Part shown: positions 49,278 through 60,739 of the stretch, in pieces
How the letters are laid out: the number at the start of each line of letters is the position of its first letter
Numbering within the stretch: the stretch's first letter is position 1
Source: Chiloscyllium plagiosum
Taxonomy: Eukaryota
Length of the DNA stretch: 64,000 nt
Assembly: GCF_004010195.1 (NCBI RefSeq)
Contig: NC_057754.1
Span: forward strand, 10,015,562-10,079,561
Reading direction: 5' to 3'
Notes under the pieces: model-generated
Seen by the model: the letters and a program-made list of their open reading frames with translations, nothing else
The model's database searches: none
What the model was told of the DNA's origin: nothing
Made by a program: the position numbers and the translations under genes

Positions 49278-49859
49278 CCATGCTGACTTGTCTTCCTGGT
49301 GGTCATCCAACACATTTCTGCCTATGCAACCCTTACTTGTGGTGTGACCAGCTCGTGAAACATGCTATTCATGATGTCCTCAGCATCACGGGTGCTGTGT
49401 AGTGAGTCTTTGCGTAGCTCCAGCTACTCCATGCAGTCAATTGGGAACTGCAGCTGTGCACACTTCCTGCATATGTGGGCCATCATAGATCCTGGAACTG
49501 TCCCTGTATTACTCACTCAGTCCCTGAAGCTGATTCCTAAGCAGTCAATGACCTCACTGCATCCCTGTAACATCACCCTGATCGTCTCTCTCCCTCGTGG
49601 AACAGTGGAAGCATCCATTGAAAGCAAGGCTGAGATGCAACTTTCTCATTTCCGAAAGACGCACATCAACAGATCCTGTCAATGAATACAACTGAACAGG
49701 ATTTCCAATTTTCCCTCCATCCATGTAGCCCATAATCTTTTTTATTGATTTATCGTTATCACACAGACCAAGATTCAGTGAAAAGTGTTGTTTTGCATTC
49801 TATGCAGGCCATACCATACAAAGTGCATCAGGGTAGCAGGACAGCGTGCAGAAAGAGAG

Positions 49860-50742
49860 AGATCAGAATTAATGGAGGGGATAGATTCTCAGGGGAGTAT
49901 AGCAGCAACCACCAGGCCTGTGGCACCACAACTGGCTCTGCTGTAGAGCAGGGTCTGACAAAGTCCAAGCGAGCAATAGTGAAAGGACACTCACTAGTTA
50001 GGGGTACAGGCAGGCGTTTCTGTGGCTGGGTACGAGACTCCAGGATGGTGCGTTGCCTCCCTGGTGCCAGGACATCGCTGAGTGGTTGCATGAAATTCTT
50101 GAGGGGAGGGCAAGCAGCCAGGGGTCATTGTGCACATTGGTACCAACGACATAGATAGAAAGAGGCATGAGGTCCTATGGAGTTAGTACAGGGAGTTTGA
50201 AAGAGGCTGAAAAGCAGATCTTTGAGGGTAGTAATCTCTGGGTTACCACCAATGACGTGTGCTAGTGAGGCAAGGAATAGAAAGTTAGGACAGCTGAATG
50301 CATGGCGAAGGAGCTGTTGCAGGGGACATGATTTCAAGGTTCTTGAATCTTTGGGACCTGTACAAGAGGGGCGGGTTGCACTTAAGCCAGAGGGGAAACA
50401 ATATCCTGGCAGGGAAGTTCACTAGTGCTACTTGGGAGAGTTTAAACTAGAGTGGCAGGGGGCTGGGAACCACAGCAGCAGGTCAGCAAATGGAGGGATT
50501 GAGCGAAAGGTAGATGTTTGGACCAATATGTCAGAAACAAAGGACAGGCAGAGACAAGTAAATGAACGTGATAATGCTAATGGGCTGAAGTGTGTTTATT
50601 TCAATGCAAGGAGTATTATAGCTAAGGCAGAGGAGCTTAGAGCCTGGACCAGTACATGGGACTAAGATGTTGTGGCCATTACAGAGACTTGGCTCAGAGA
50701 GGGACACGACTGGCTGCTCAATGTTCCAGGGTTTCATTGTTT
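49860..50742 (+). mobile_element. CR1 5' part: ORF1 SGNH-esterase region and start of the ORF2 endonuclease
   Basis: AIVKGHSLVRGTGRRFCG..DSRMVRCLPGAR; VIVHIGTNDI; LKCVYFNARSI..VVAITETWL. Confidence 0.85.
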
Positions 50743-51279
50743 TAGATTAGATTAGATTCCCTACAGTGTGGAAACAGGCCCTTCGGCCCAACTAGTCCAT
50801 ACCGACCCTCCGAAGAGTAACCCACCCAGACACATTCCGCCTAACAAATGCACCAGGTTAGATCATTGGTGATCATCACTCCCAGGAACTTGAAGCCCTC
50901 AACCATCTCCACCTCTCACACCACTGTTGCAACCAGGGGAGTGCCCTCCACTCTGCTTCATGAAGTCAATGGCCAGCTCCTTCAAGTTGATGGAGAGATT
51001 GTTGTCTTTAGACCATGCTGCTAAGCACTCAATATCTTTGCTGGATTCTCTATACTTTCCTGTATTTTTCCTTGTCTACTTGTGTGTACGTTTATGCGCA
51101 AGGGGATGTCTACAAGGCAGTTAGAATTTTAATTAAGAGTGCTGTGTCTGTAACTGTTTACCTGTGGTTAGTGCCTTTTTACTTTATTTCTTTCTAACTT
51201 TTGTGATGACCCCTGGGTTGATTACCACCGTGAGGCCCCAGTGAGTTGTGACATTGTTGGATCTTAAAACAACAATGAG

Positions 51280-51980
51280 ATAGAGGAAAGCTTAATGGCA
51301 TGGTGTAATGAGAACAATCTGCCCCTCAATGTCAGCAAAACTTCAGGAAATGGAGTGGAGGACACGCCTCTGTCTGTATCAATGGTGCCAAGGTGGAGCT
51401 GGTCGAGAGCTATATGTTCCTAGGAGTAAATATCACCTGATCCAATCAGGTTGACACTACCGTCAAGAAAATGGCTTTTCTTCCTCGGAAGGCTAAGGAG
51501 ATTTAGCATGTCCACATTGAGGCTTACCAATTTTTATGGATGCACCGCAGAAAGCATCCATAGAAAGTACCACACCTTGGTACGGCAACTGGTCTGCCCC
51601 CAAGACCGCAAGAAATTACAGAGTGTTTTGAAGGTAGCCCAGTCCATAGAGCCTGCCATCTGTTGACTCTGTCTATACTTCCCACTGCTTCGGGAACATA
51701 ATCAAAGAAACCTCCCCTCCCACCCTTATCTGTTCCACTGTTTTCCATCAGGTAGAAGATAAAAAACATTTCAAAATTTGTACCAACAGCTTCTTCCCCA
51801 CTGTTATTAGACTTTTGAAAGGAACTCTCATATATCAGAGTTCACCTTTCTCTGCACCTTCTCTGTAGCTGTAACACTATTTTCTGTGTTCTGTTCTATT
51901 ACCCTGATGTACTTATGTAGGGCACAATTTGTCTGGTTAGCACACAAACCAATACTTTTTAATGTATCTCGGTACATATA
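51280..51980 (+). mobile_element. Rex1/Babar LINE 3' fragment (an inverted piece lies at ~50836-51015)
   Basis: WCNENNLPLNVSKT; LFFLGRLRRF..LTNFYGCTAESI; QDRKKLQSV. Confidence 0.75.
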
Positions 51981-52103
51981 GTCATAGAGATGTACAGCAC
52001 GGAAACAGACCCTTCGGTCCAAATCATCCATGCTGACCAGATATCCTAACCTAATCTAGTCCTATTTGCCAGAACTTGGCCCTCTAAACCCTTCCGATTC
52101 ATA

Positions 52104-52371
52104 TTAGATTAGATTACTTACAGTGGGGAAACAGGCCCTTCGGCCCAACAAGTCCATACCGACCCGCCGAAGCGCAACCCACCCAGACCCATTCCCCTAC
52201 ATTTACCCCGAACACTACGGTTTGGATTGTGGGAGGAAACTGGAGCACCTGGAGGAAACCCACGCAGACACGGGGAGAATGTGCAAACTCCACACAGACA
52301 GTCCCCTGAGGCAGGAATTGAACCCGGGTCTCTGGCGCTGTGAGGCAGCAGTGCTAACCACTGTGCCGCCC
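52104..52371 (-). mobile_element. HE1-type SINE inserted in a CR1 tail fragment
   Basis: (TTAGA)n tail, core and tRNA-like head. Confidence 0.88.
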
Positions 52372-52664
52372 ACAGATACCCATCCAGATGCCTTTTAATG
52401 ACAATGGTACATCAAATCAAATTGTCCTACAGTAGTTACCTGCGATACTACCTGACCAACATCACTATTTGTGTGGTTAAAAATCTTTTGGGATCTTCCC
52501 AGTAACGTCCAAAGCCTGCTGACTGTCTTAACCTTCACTCCTGTGTTTTTTTTTCATCCCATACCTCAAAAAGTTCAGAATCGGTTGCAAAGAATACGCA
52601 ATGTTCCTTTTTTCCCATTCCTGTTAAACAGTCAGAATCCTGGAAATTTGCTTCAAAAAAATGT

Positions 52665-54900
52665 TTTTTCATATATTCATTTGTGGGACTTGGGCATCAC
52701 TGGCTGGCCAGCATTGATAGCCCATCCCTATTTGCCCTTCAGAAGGTGGTGGTGAACTGCCTTTTTGAATCGCTGCAGTCCACTTGCTGTGGGTTGACCC
52801 ACAATGCCGGTAGGGAGGGAATTCCAGGATTTTGACCCAATGACTGTGAAGGAACAGAAGTATATTTCCAAGCCAGGGTAGCGAATGGCTTGGAGGGGAA
52901 CTTGCAGGTGGTGGTGTTCCCAAGCACCTGCTGCCCTTCTCCTTCTAGATGGAAGTGTTTGTGGGTTTTGAAGGAGCTGTCTGAGAATCTTTGGTGAATT
53001 TCTGCAGTGCATCTTGTAGATGGTACATACTGCTGCTACTGAGCGCCAGTGGTGGAGGGATTGAATTTTTATAGATATGGTGCCAATAAAGTGGGTTGTT
53101 TTGTCCTGGATGGTGTCAAGCTTCTTGAGTGTTATTGGAGCTGCACCCATCCAGGCAGGTGGGGAGTATTCCACAACACTCCTGACATCTGCCTTGTAGA
53201 TGGTGCATAGACTTTGGGTGTCAGTTACTCACCGCAATATTCCTAGTCTCTGCTCTTGTAGCCACTGTGTTTATGAGGTGAGTCCAGTTGAGTTTCTGGT
53301 CAATGGTAACCCCAAGGATGTTGACAGTGGGGGACTCAGTGATGGTAGTACCATTGAATGTCAAGGGGCGGTGGTTAGAATGTCTCTTATTGGTGATGGC
53401 CATTGTCTGGCATTTGCATGGCGTGAGTGTTACGTGCCACTTGTCAGCCCAAGCCTGGATATTATCCAGATCTTGTTGCATTTGAGCACGGACTGCTTCA
53501 GTATCTGAGGAGTCGTGAATGGTGCTGAACACTGTGCAATCATCGGCGAACATCCCCACTTCTGACGTTATGACAGAGGGAAGGTCATTGATGAAGCAGC
53601 TGAAGATCGTTGGGCCTAGCACACTATCCTGAGGGTCTCCTGCAGAGATATCCTGGAGCTGAGATGACTGACCCTCCAAAACCACAACCATCTTCCTTTT
53701 TGCCAGGTATGACTCTAACCAGCAGCGTGTTTGTCCCGATAACCCATTGATTCCAGTTTTGCCAGGGCTCCTTGATGCCATACTTGGTCAAATGCAGCCT
53801 TGATGTCAAGGGCTGTCACTCTCACCTCACCTCTGGAATTCAGCTCTTTTGTCCTTGTCTGAACCAAGTGTAATGAGATCAGGAGCTGAGTGACCCTGGC
53901 AAAACTCAAACTGGGCGTCACTGAGCAGAGTGATGCTGAGCAGGTGCTGCTTGATAGGACTGTTGATGACCCCTTCCATCACTTTACTGATGATGGAGAG
54001 TAGACAGACTGGGCAGTAATTAGCCAGGTTGGATTTGTCCTGCTTTTTGTGTACAGGACATACCTGGGCAATTTTCCACATTGTTGGGTAGATGCCAGTG
54101 TTGTAACGGTACTGGAAGAGCTTGGCGAGGGGAGCGGCAAGTTCTGCAGCACACATCTTCAGTACTATTGCTGAAATGTTATCAGGACCCATTGCCTTTG
54201 GCCAGTGCCTCCAGCCATTCCTTGATATCACGTAGAGTGAATTGAATTGGCTGAAGACTGGAGGAGCCAGAGATGGATCATCTACTTGGCACTTCTGACT
54301 GAAGATTGCTGTGAATGCATCAGCCTTATTTTTTGCACTGATGTGCTGGGCTCCTCTATCATTGAGGATGGGGATATTTATGCAGCCTCCTCCTCCAGTG
54401 AGTTGTTTAATTGTCCACCACCATTCACGACTGGATGTGGATGGACTGCAGAGCTTAGATCTGATCCATTGGTTGTGAGATGGCTTAGCTCCATCGATCA
54501 CTTGCTGTTTATGCCGTTTAGCATGCAAGTCATCCTGTTTGGTAGCTTCACCAGGTTGACACCTCATTTTTAGTTATGCTGATGCTGATCCTGGACTCTC
54601 CATTGAACCAGGGTTGATCCCCTGGCTTGATGGTAGTGGTTGAGTGGGGGGATATGCCAGGCCATGATGTCGCAGATTGTGCTGGAGTATAGTTCTGCTG
54701 CCATTGATGGCCTACAGCATCTCATGGATGCCCAGATTTGAGCTGTTAGATTGGTTTGAAGTCTGTCCTATTTAGCACGGTGATAGTGCCACACAACACG
54801 GTGCAGATCATTCTCAATGTGAAGGTGGGACTTTGTCTCCACTAGGACAGTGCGGTGGTCACTGTTACCTATACTGTCGCGGACAGATGCTTCTAGTAAG
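52665..54900 (-). mobile_element. CR1/L2-group (Crack/Daphne-like) LINE ORF2 with 3' tail, frameshifted
   Basis: KAMGPDNISAIVLK, NYCPVCLLSIISKVME, ALDIKAAFDQVWH, GPTIFSCFINDL, MFADDC, MEYSPPAW. Confidence 0.9.
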
Positions 54901-55399
54901 GATGAGGTCAAGTAATGGAACAAAAACTCAGCGAAGTTGATGGCATCCTAACTTTCTCTCTCTCTTCAGGCTCTGTCACTTTCAGTACACATGTCTCTTT
55001 GTGTGCATCAATCCAGTTCAGATCGCTTTTTTTTATTAATACATTTCCAACTCTCATTAAAGATCATCCAGCTGGAAGATTATCACACCAGGAACACTCC
55101 GAGAATGGACTTCCTTTTAACTCGTGTTCATTAAGTTAGCTGAAGTCCTGCAGCAGACCATCATTTCCTGACTGGGAATTCATACCAGAACAATGCTGAA
55201 AGTGCCTAGAACCCTAATGATGAGAACATCAAAGTAACTCTCTACTAAAACTGAAAGCTGATTTATAAACCTAGGTGTTTCTCCCTCACTCTTTGTGTCC
55301 GTGAATTCATCTGTCTTACAGTATTATCACAGACACTCCCTTTTGTTATTTGCACAGAACTCAGAACTTTACAACCACAAAATGCAGCTTCAATAGCAT

Positions 55400-56290
55400 C
55401 GCTGGAGAGAGATATAGTGTTAGTGTTTTGGCTCGATGACCGTTTGTAAGAACAGGGAAAAGTGAGAGATTGAACCAGTTATCAAACAAATACAGAGATG
55501 GAAGAACGGGAGATGAGGAATGAACCAACAAGAAGCTTTGAGAGAAGGTGGAAGACGGCAGGGATTAATGAATAAAAATAAAGGATGGTGAAAGACAGAA
55601 GAAAATGTGAATGTTACAAATAAAGAAACAGAAACTGATCCATGTTCAATGGGAACTACATTAGATACTAAAGACTTCTTGGAGATTCTCTGATTGTTTC
55701 CTGAATTGTTTTGCTTGTTAATAATTAATCTGAAATTAACTAGTTCAAATTACAGCTCAGTCCTTCTGTTTTGGCCTTCCTTAAAGTGAAAGCCAAGCCC
55801 TGTGATCAAATGTCAGCCTCTAGCAGATTATGCTACTTAGTGCTGGGTGCTCATGTGCTGTTAGATTATTAATTAAGTGTCTTGTTCTTCATTACAATTT
55901 CTATTGTAGATGATGCCTTGATCTTCCTAAAATAGAGTGAAGGGCAGAAATGATTAAGTGATGGAAGAGTTGGTGGTGCAAATTTGGGCATGTTAAAAGG
56001 ATGGGTAAATGAACCAACATTGTGTCCAAATGAGAGGCAACTGGCAGAATGAAGAACAGATGCCATCTGAAAGTAAAACAAGGGGAAAATGAAACAAAAG
56101 TGGCAATGAAATGGGAAACAGAGTAGTGGTGGAAGTTTTGGTTTGAAATAGTTGAATCCAAGTTGAATCTGGATGGCTGTCGAGTGCTTACTAAAAAATG
56201 ACAAGTTGTTTCTCCTGTGAACGTTTGGTTCACCACAACAGCAGTTTAAACAGGCATTTGGGGACTTGAACAGTACGACGAGATTATGCA
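55400..56290 (-). mobile_element. Highly decayed PLE 3' fragments
   Basis: Weak similarity to the 35720-36330 PLE end (gtttgaaatagttgaatccaagttgaatctggatggctg). Confidence 0.4.
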
Positions 56291-56314
56291 AAATTCCGTG
56301 TCAGTATTGCTCAC

Positions 56315-56720
56315 ATACATGATCACGCAAGCCAACCTTCCATCCATTGACTCCATCTACACTTCTTGTTGCTGCAGAAAGGCAGCCAACATCATCAAAG
56401 ACCCCTCCCACCCGGGCTACACTCTCTTCCAACCGCTTCTGTCAGGTCCAAGATCCAAAAGCTTAAACACAGGCAACAAAAGGCTCAAAAACAGCTTCTT
56501 CCCTGCTGTTATTAGGCTGCAGAATAGGTGTCTCAAATTTCAAATCTGATGTTGACCTTGCTTCTGTGCACCTCCTGTGCTGCTGTACCTTTATATGCCT
56601 TATTCTGTTTCATTACCCTATGATCTGTGTGTCCTTGCATGTTATGATCTGCCTGTACTGCCCTTAAAATAAAACTTTTCACCACACTTAGGTACATGTC
56701 ACAATAACAACAAATCAAAT
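56315..56720 (+). mobile_element. Rex1/Babar LINE 3' end
   Basis: LPSIDSIYTSCCCRKAANIIKDPSHPGYTLFQPLLSG..RLKNSFFPAVIR. Confidence 0.8.
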
Positions 56721-56954
56721 GTATGGATATCTATTATAAATATATATGTGATGAGAAACTCCCCACCCCTGCAGTTGTATTAACAATGAATTTTAGCTCC
56801 ATGGTTTAGTGCAAGAAGCTGGAGTTAGCTCTCCTTGAAGCAAACAAGATTAAGGGCAGATCAGAGATTCATGTACAGAGTTAGGTCAGGCAGTAAAAGT
56901 AAAGCTGAATGTTTGAGTGGCAAGGATTTCAGATCTAAGGCAGGATGTGCAAGA

Positions 56955-58810
56955 TCAGAGTCATAGAGATCCACAGCAGAGACAAAGACCCTTCTTCCTA
57001 ATGCATCCATGCCAATCAAAACAATGACCTAACTACTCTAATCTCATCTTCCAGCACATGGCCCTTTGCATATTCCTTGCCATGACAAGTGCACGTCCAA
57101 ATACTTTTTAAAAAGAGTCATAGAGATGTACAGGACGGAAGCAGACTCTTCAGTCCAACTCGTCCATGCCAACCAGATATCTCAACCTAATCTGGTCCCA
57201 TTTGCCAGCACCTGGCCCATATCCCTCTAAATCCTTCCTATTCATATACCCATCCAGATGCCTCTTAAATGTTGCAATTGTACCAGCCTCCACCACGTCC
57301 TCTGGCAGCTCATTCCATAGACACACCACCAGCTGTGTGAAAAAGTTGCCCCTTAGGTCCCTTTTATATTTTTCCCTTCTCGCCCTAAATCTATGTCCTC
57401 TAGTTCTGGACTCCCCCACCCCAAGGAAAAGACCTTGTCTATTTGTCCTATCCATGCCCCTCATGTTTTTATAAACCTCTATAATTTTATGAAGATTTCT
57501 GCCTCTACCACCCTTACACACAGTGAATTCCAGATTCACACCATCCTCTGTGCGAAAAATCTTTCCTAACATCTCTTTCAAAACTTCTGCCCTCTAGTTG
57601 ACATCATTGCCCCCTCATCATTGATCCCTTCATCAAGGGGAAATGTTTCTTCCTGCCTAATTTGCCAATACCTCTCATAATTGTCTACATCTCAGTCATG
57701 TGCCCTCTCAATCTCCTCTGTTCCAAGGAAAATACCTCCAAGTTTTTCCAACCTCTATTCATAACTGAAACTCTCCAGTCCAAGCAACTTCCTGGAAAAT
57801 CTCCTCTGCACCCTGTGCGGTTCTATCACACCCCTCCTACATTGTGGATTCCATAATGCCACACAATACTTCAGCTGCGGCCTAATTACAGTTCCAAAAT
57901 AACCTCCCTTCTCCTAATCTCAATGATGAGGAGCTGCTGTTAATCTGGAGTGGACAAAGTTAAGACTCACACAACACCAGATTATAGTCCAACAGGTTTA
58001 TTTGGAAGTACTAGCTTTCAGAGTGCTGTCCCTTCGTTAGGTAGCTGGTACTTACAAATAAACCTTTGGACTATAACCCGGTGTTCATAGAGTCATAGAG
58101 ATGTACAGCACGGAAACAGACCCTTCGGTCCAACCCGTCCATGCCGACCAGATGTCCCAACCCAATCTAGTCCCACCTACCAGCACCCGGCCCTCTTTCC
58201 CCATACTTATGCCCTTGAGTTCTGGACTCCCCGACTCCAGGGAAAAGACTTTGCCTATTAACCCTATCCATGCCCCTCATAATTTTGTGAACCTCTATAA
58301 AGTCACCCCTCAGCCTCCGACGCTCTAGGGAAAACAGCCCCAACCTGTTCAGTCTCTCCCTATAGCTCAAATCCTCCAACCCTGGCAAATTCCTGATTTT
58401 TAACTTAATCTCAATGCTTCAGCCAGTAAGGGCAAGCATACCAATGCCATCTTTATTACTTCATTCACCTGTCCTGATACCATAAGAGGCCAGTGTATGT
58501 GCACACCAAGGTCCCTCTGATCCTGGTGCTTCCTTTACTGCTCATCCTTTACTTCCTTAGTCCTGCTCAAGTGCATCAGCTCACATTTATCCTGATTGAA
58601 TTCCATTTGCCACTGACCAGCCTGGGCTGTATCCTCCTATAATTTAAGGCTATCCACTATTTACCACCTACTGATTTTTGTATCATCTGCAAACTTACTG
58701 ATCAAACCTACCTACATTCAAGTCTAAATAATTTATTCAAACCACAAATAGTAAGCGTCACAATTTGGGCAAGTGTGGGACCCTACTGGATACAAGCTTC
58801 CAGTCAGGAT
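56955..58810 (-). mobile_element. Nested CR1 3' fragments (young copies at 57115-57485 and 58086-58388)
   Basis: GESRTRGHRF..RDLRGNFFTQ..WNELPE motifs and (TCATAGAG)n tails. Confidence 0.85.
57926..58405. mobile_element. Palindromic mini-PLE (11-bp TSD) later split by a CR1 insertion
   Basis: TSD TAATCTCAATG at 57915-57925 and 58406-58416. Arms ~57958-58010 and 58048-58085 plus 58392-58405. Confidence 0.75.
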
Positions 58811-59019
58811 CGCAAAAGAACTTTGTTCTGCTCCAAGTAGTGGCCAGGAATGTGCTCCCTATGAGAATGGTGGAAGTAGAAATGATCTAGGATTTCAAAT
58901 GGAAAGGTTGGGGAGGTACAGTAAACAAATCTTGCAGACTCCAGATGTCTGTGACGTAGCCAGTAATTGAGAAACATTGGCCCGAGTTTAGCCCTCACTT
59001 TCCTCTTTGATTATCAGCA

Positions 59020-59460
59020 ACCCTACCGCTCAGCGTCATTTGGGATGACTCTCAGTGAGTGTGTGATGGGGTGCAGGCAATTTAGAGGATCTCCTTGTGG
59101 GTCTGCTCCTGGCTTGGCCAGGCTGGCTATAACCAGGTGCAGGCAGCACACCTTGGATGGGGTCATCTCAGCTGAACTGCCTGCTCGTCTTCCTCAGGCG
59201 TCCTTGAAGAGGGAGCACTCGGTGTCCACCAATGCTCTCAATGCCTTTAGGGAGAGGAAGGCATCATGGAGTGCTTTATTTCTCCCTCCAATTCTATTTT
59301 GATTTAATCCTTTCCCTCCCCCATTCACTTTATTTTTCACGTAAGCAATCGGGTTTTCTTGCCTGGCCACGAGTGTTTTCCTGGTGGTGGAACTCTTAAA
59401 TAAAGTCTTGCACATGGTGTCTTCACTGAGTCCCTGCACCGACACACACACAACATGGTA
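59020..59460 (+). mobile_element. Tx1-clade LINE 3' end
   Basis: LLLGLARLAITRCRQ..NAFRER ORF2 C-terminus. The 3' UTR is shared with 62840-63412. Confidence 0.65.
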
Positions 59461-59629
59461 GTGTCACAGCAGTAGTGTGCAGATAATAAAAAGGAAAAGA
59501 AATGAAGTCTGGTACCTGGGATGCTGAGAATGTCAGCAGGAGACTGAGATGGATCACTCTCTCAACCTTTCTAGCTGACGATACTGACGAATACTTTAGT
59601 CACATCTTGTACACTGATATGCTGGGCTC

Positions 59630-60703
59630 TGTCAAAGTTTTATATTGACCCGAAACAAGGGTCAGAGAAGTAATTCCTTTTGTCCAAAACCGATCTTCTG
59701 TTTTACTTGTATCCAAGGGGAGAGACTATCTATACACATAAATTGTTATAAGCAATAACTCCAAGAAGTTATTCAAAATACAGTCTTTTTATAACAATCG
59801 TGGAAAATCTTCATGTGACTTATTCATTTTCATAACGTTGAAGAAAATCTCGAGAGGCAGACCTTGAGCATTAACCAGTTTATTACACAATGGGGCGACC
59901 CTCCATCATAACAGTGGCTTGGTAGGACTCAGAAGTGCAGCCAAGGTTACAGGATTATATAGGAAAAAGACAAGCACTGACTGTTAAGTACAAAGCTTCA
60001 GGGTGATTACAAGATGGCACTGAATCAGAGGTCAGCCCTCAGGGTCAGAACTAAGTAACGCTATACATTCCACAAGTGGACATAATTAACTGTTATCACC
60101 TTAGCATGCTATTTACAGAGCTCCATACCAAATTAAGAACAGATGTCCCTATTTAAATGAGCAACATTCCATGGCAATATATCGTAGAGAGAGAGAGACT
60201 AATTGACAGCCTAGACATCGCTTCAGCAGTTAAGCTACATGTATCTAGCAATACATCACAGTGGGAAAACAGCGAACAGGCAGGCTGAGGCACCTTTGAA
60301 CAGATAAACTACAATTTAGCATTACATCATGGTGAGAGAATAAACTAGGCTCCTGCTCAGTACTATTGCTCTGCAAAATGGTTCCTTTACCGGGAGGGCT
60401 GACATAGCCAAGAAAATGGCTTCCACAAATAGCAAGCACAGTTACAATAATGATCCAGACTGATAGTGAATGAATGAAACTACAGTTTTACAGCTACACA
60501 GGTCAGGGCGAGTTCAGGTCACAGAGCTACCTGTCCTTTCCCAGGGATTCTGGCTAAAAGGCCTAGACTCGCTGATTATGACCAAAAGGTTGACTGCTTT
60601 GTAATGGTTAACGCTTTCTGCTTCTAAATAAAACACCTTTGTTGATTGTAATAATAAATTTTAATCCTTCATGCTGGCTTCTTAAACTATTTATTTTTCC
60701 ACA
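59630..60703 (-). mobile_element. Solo LTR (~1.07 kb, possibly nested) with 4-bp TSD
   Basis: Ends TGT...ACA. TSD GCTC at 59626-59629 and 60704-60707. The rejoined flanks resemble 54335-54360. Minus-strand TATATAA at ~59960 and AATAAA at ~59880. Confidence 0.7.
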
Positions 60704-60739
60704 GCTCCTGTATCCATAACATCAGCAAAGGAATACAAT

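Larger units (their letters stand above)
43105..49560 (-). mobile_element. Long decayed CR1 (ORF2 plus ORF1 esterase region) interrupted by three solo LTRs, a mini-PLE and a SINE
   Basis: 3' RT at 43180-43900, ADKIKENPEAFYKYI at ~44750, ORF1 CGHKQDSRMVCCLPGTRV at ~47270-47325, ICRKC at ~49460. May be more than one element. Confidence 0.75.

Noticed and set aside
8893-52371. tRNA genes at the A/B-box-containing heads
   Set aside because: These are tRNA-derived SINE heads continuous with the HE1 core and tail, not standalone tRNAs.
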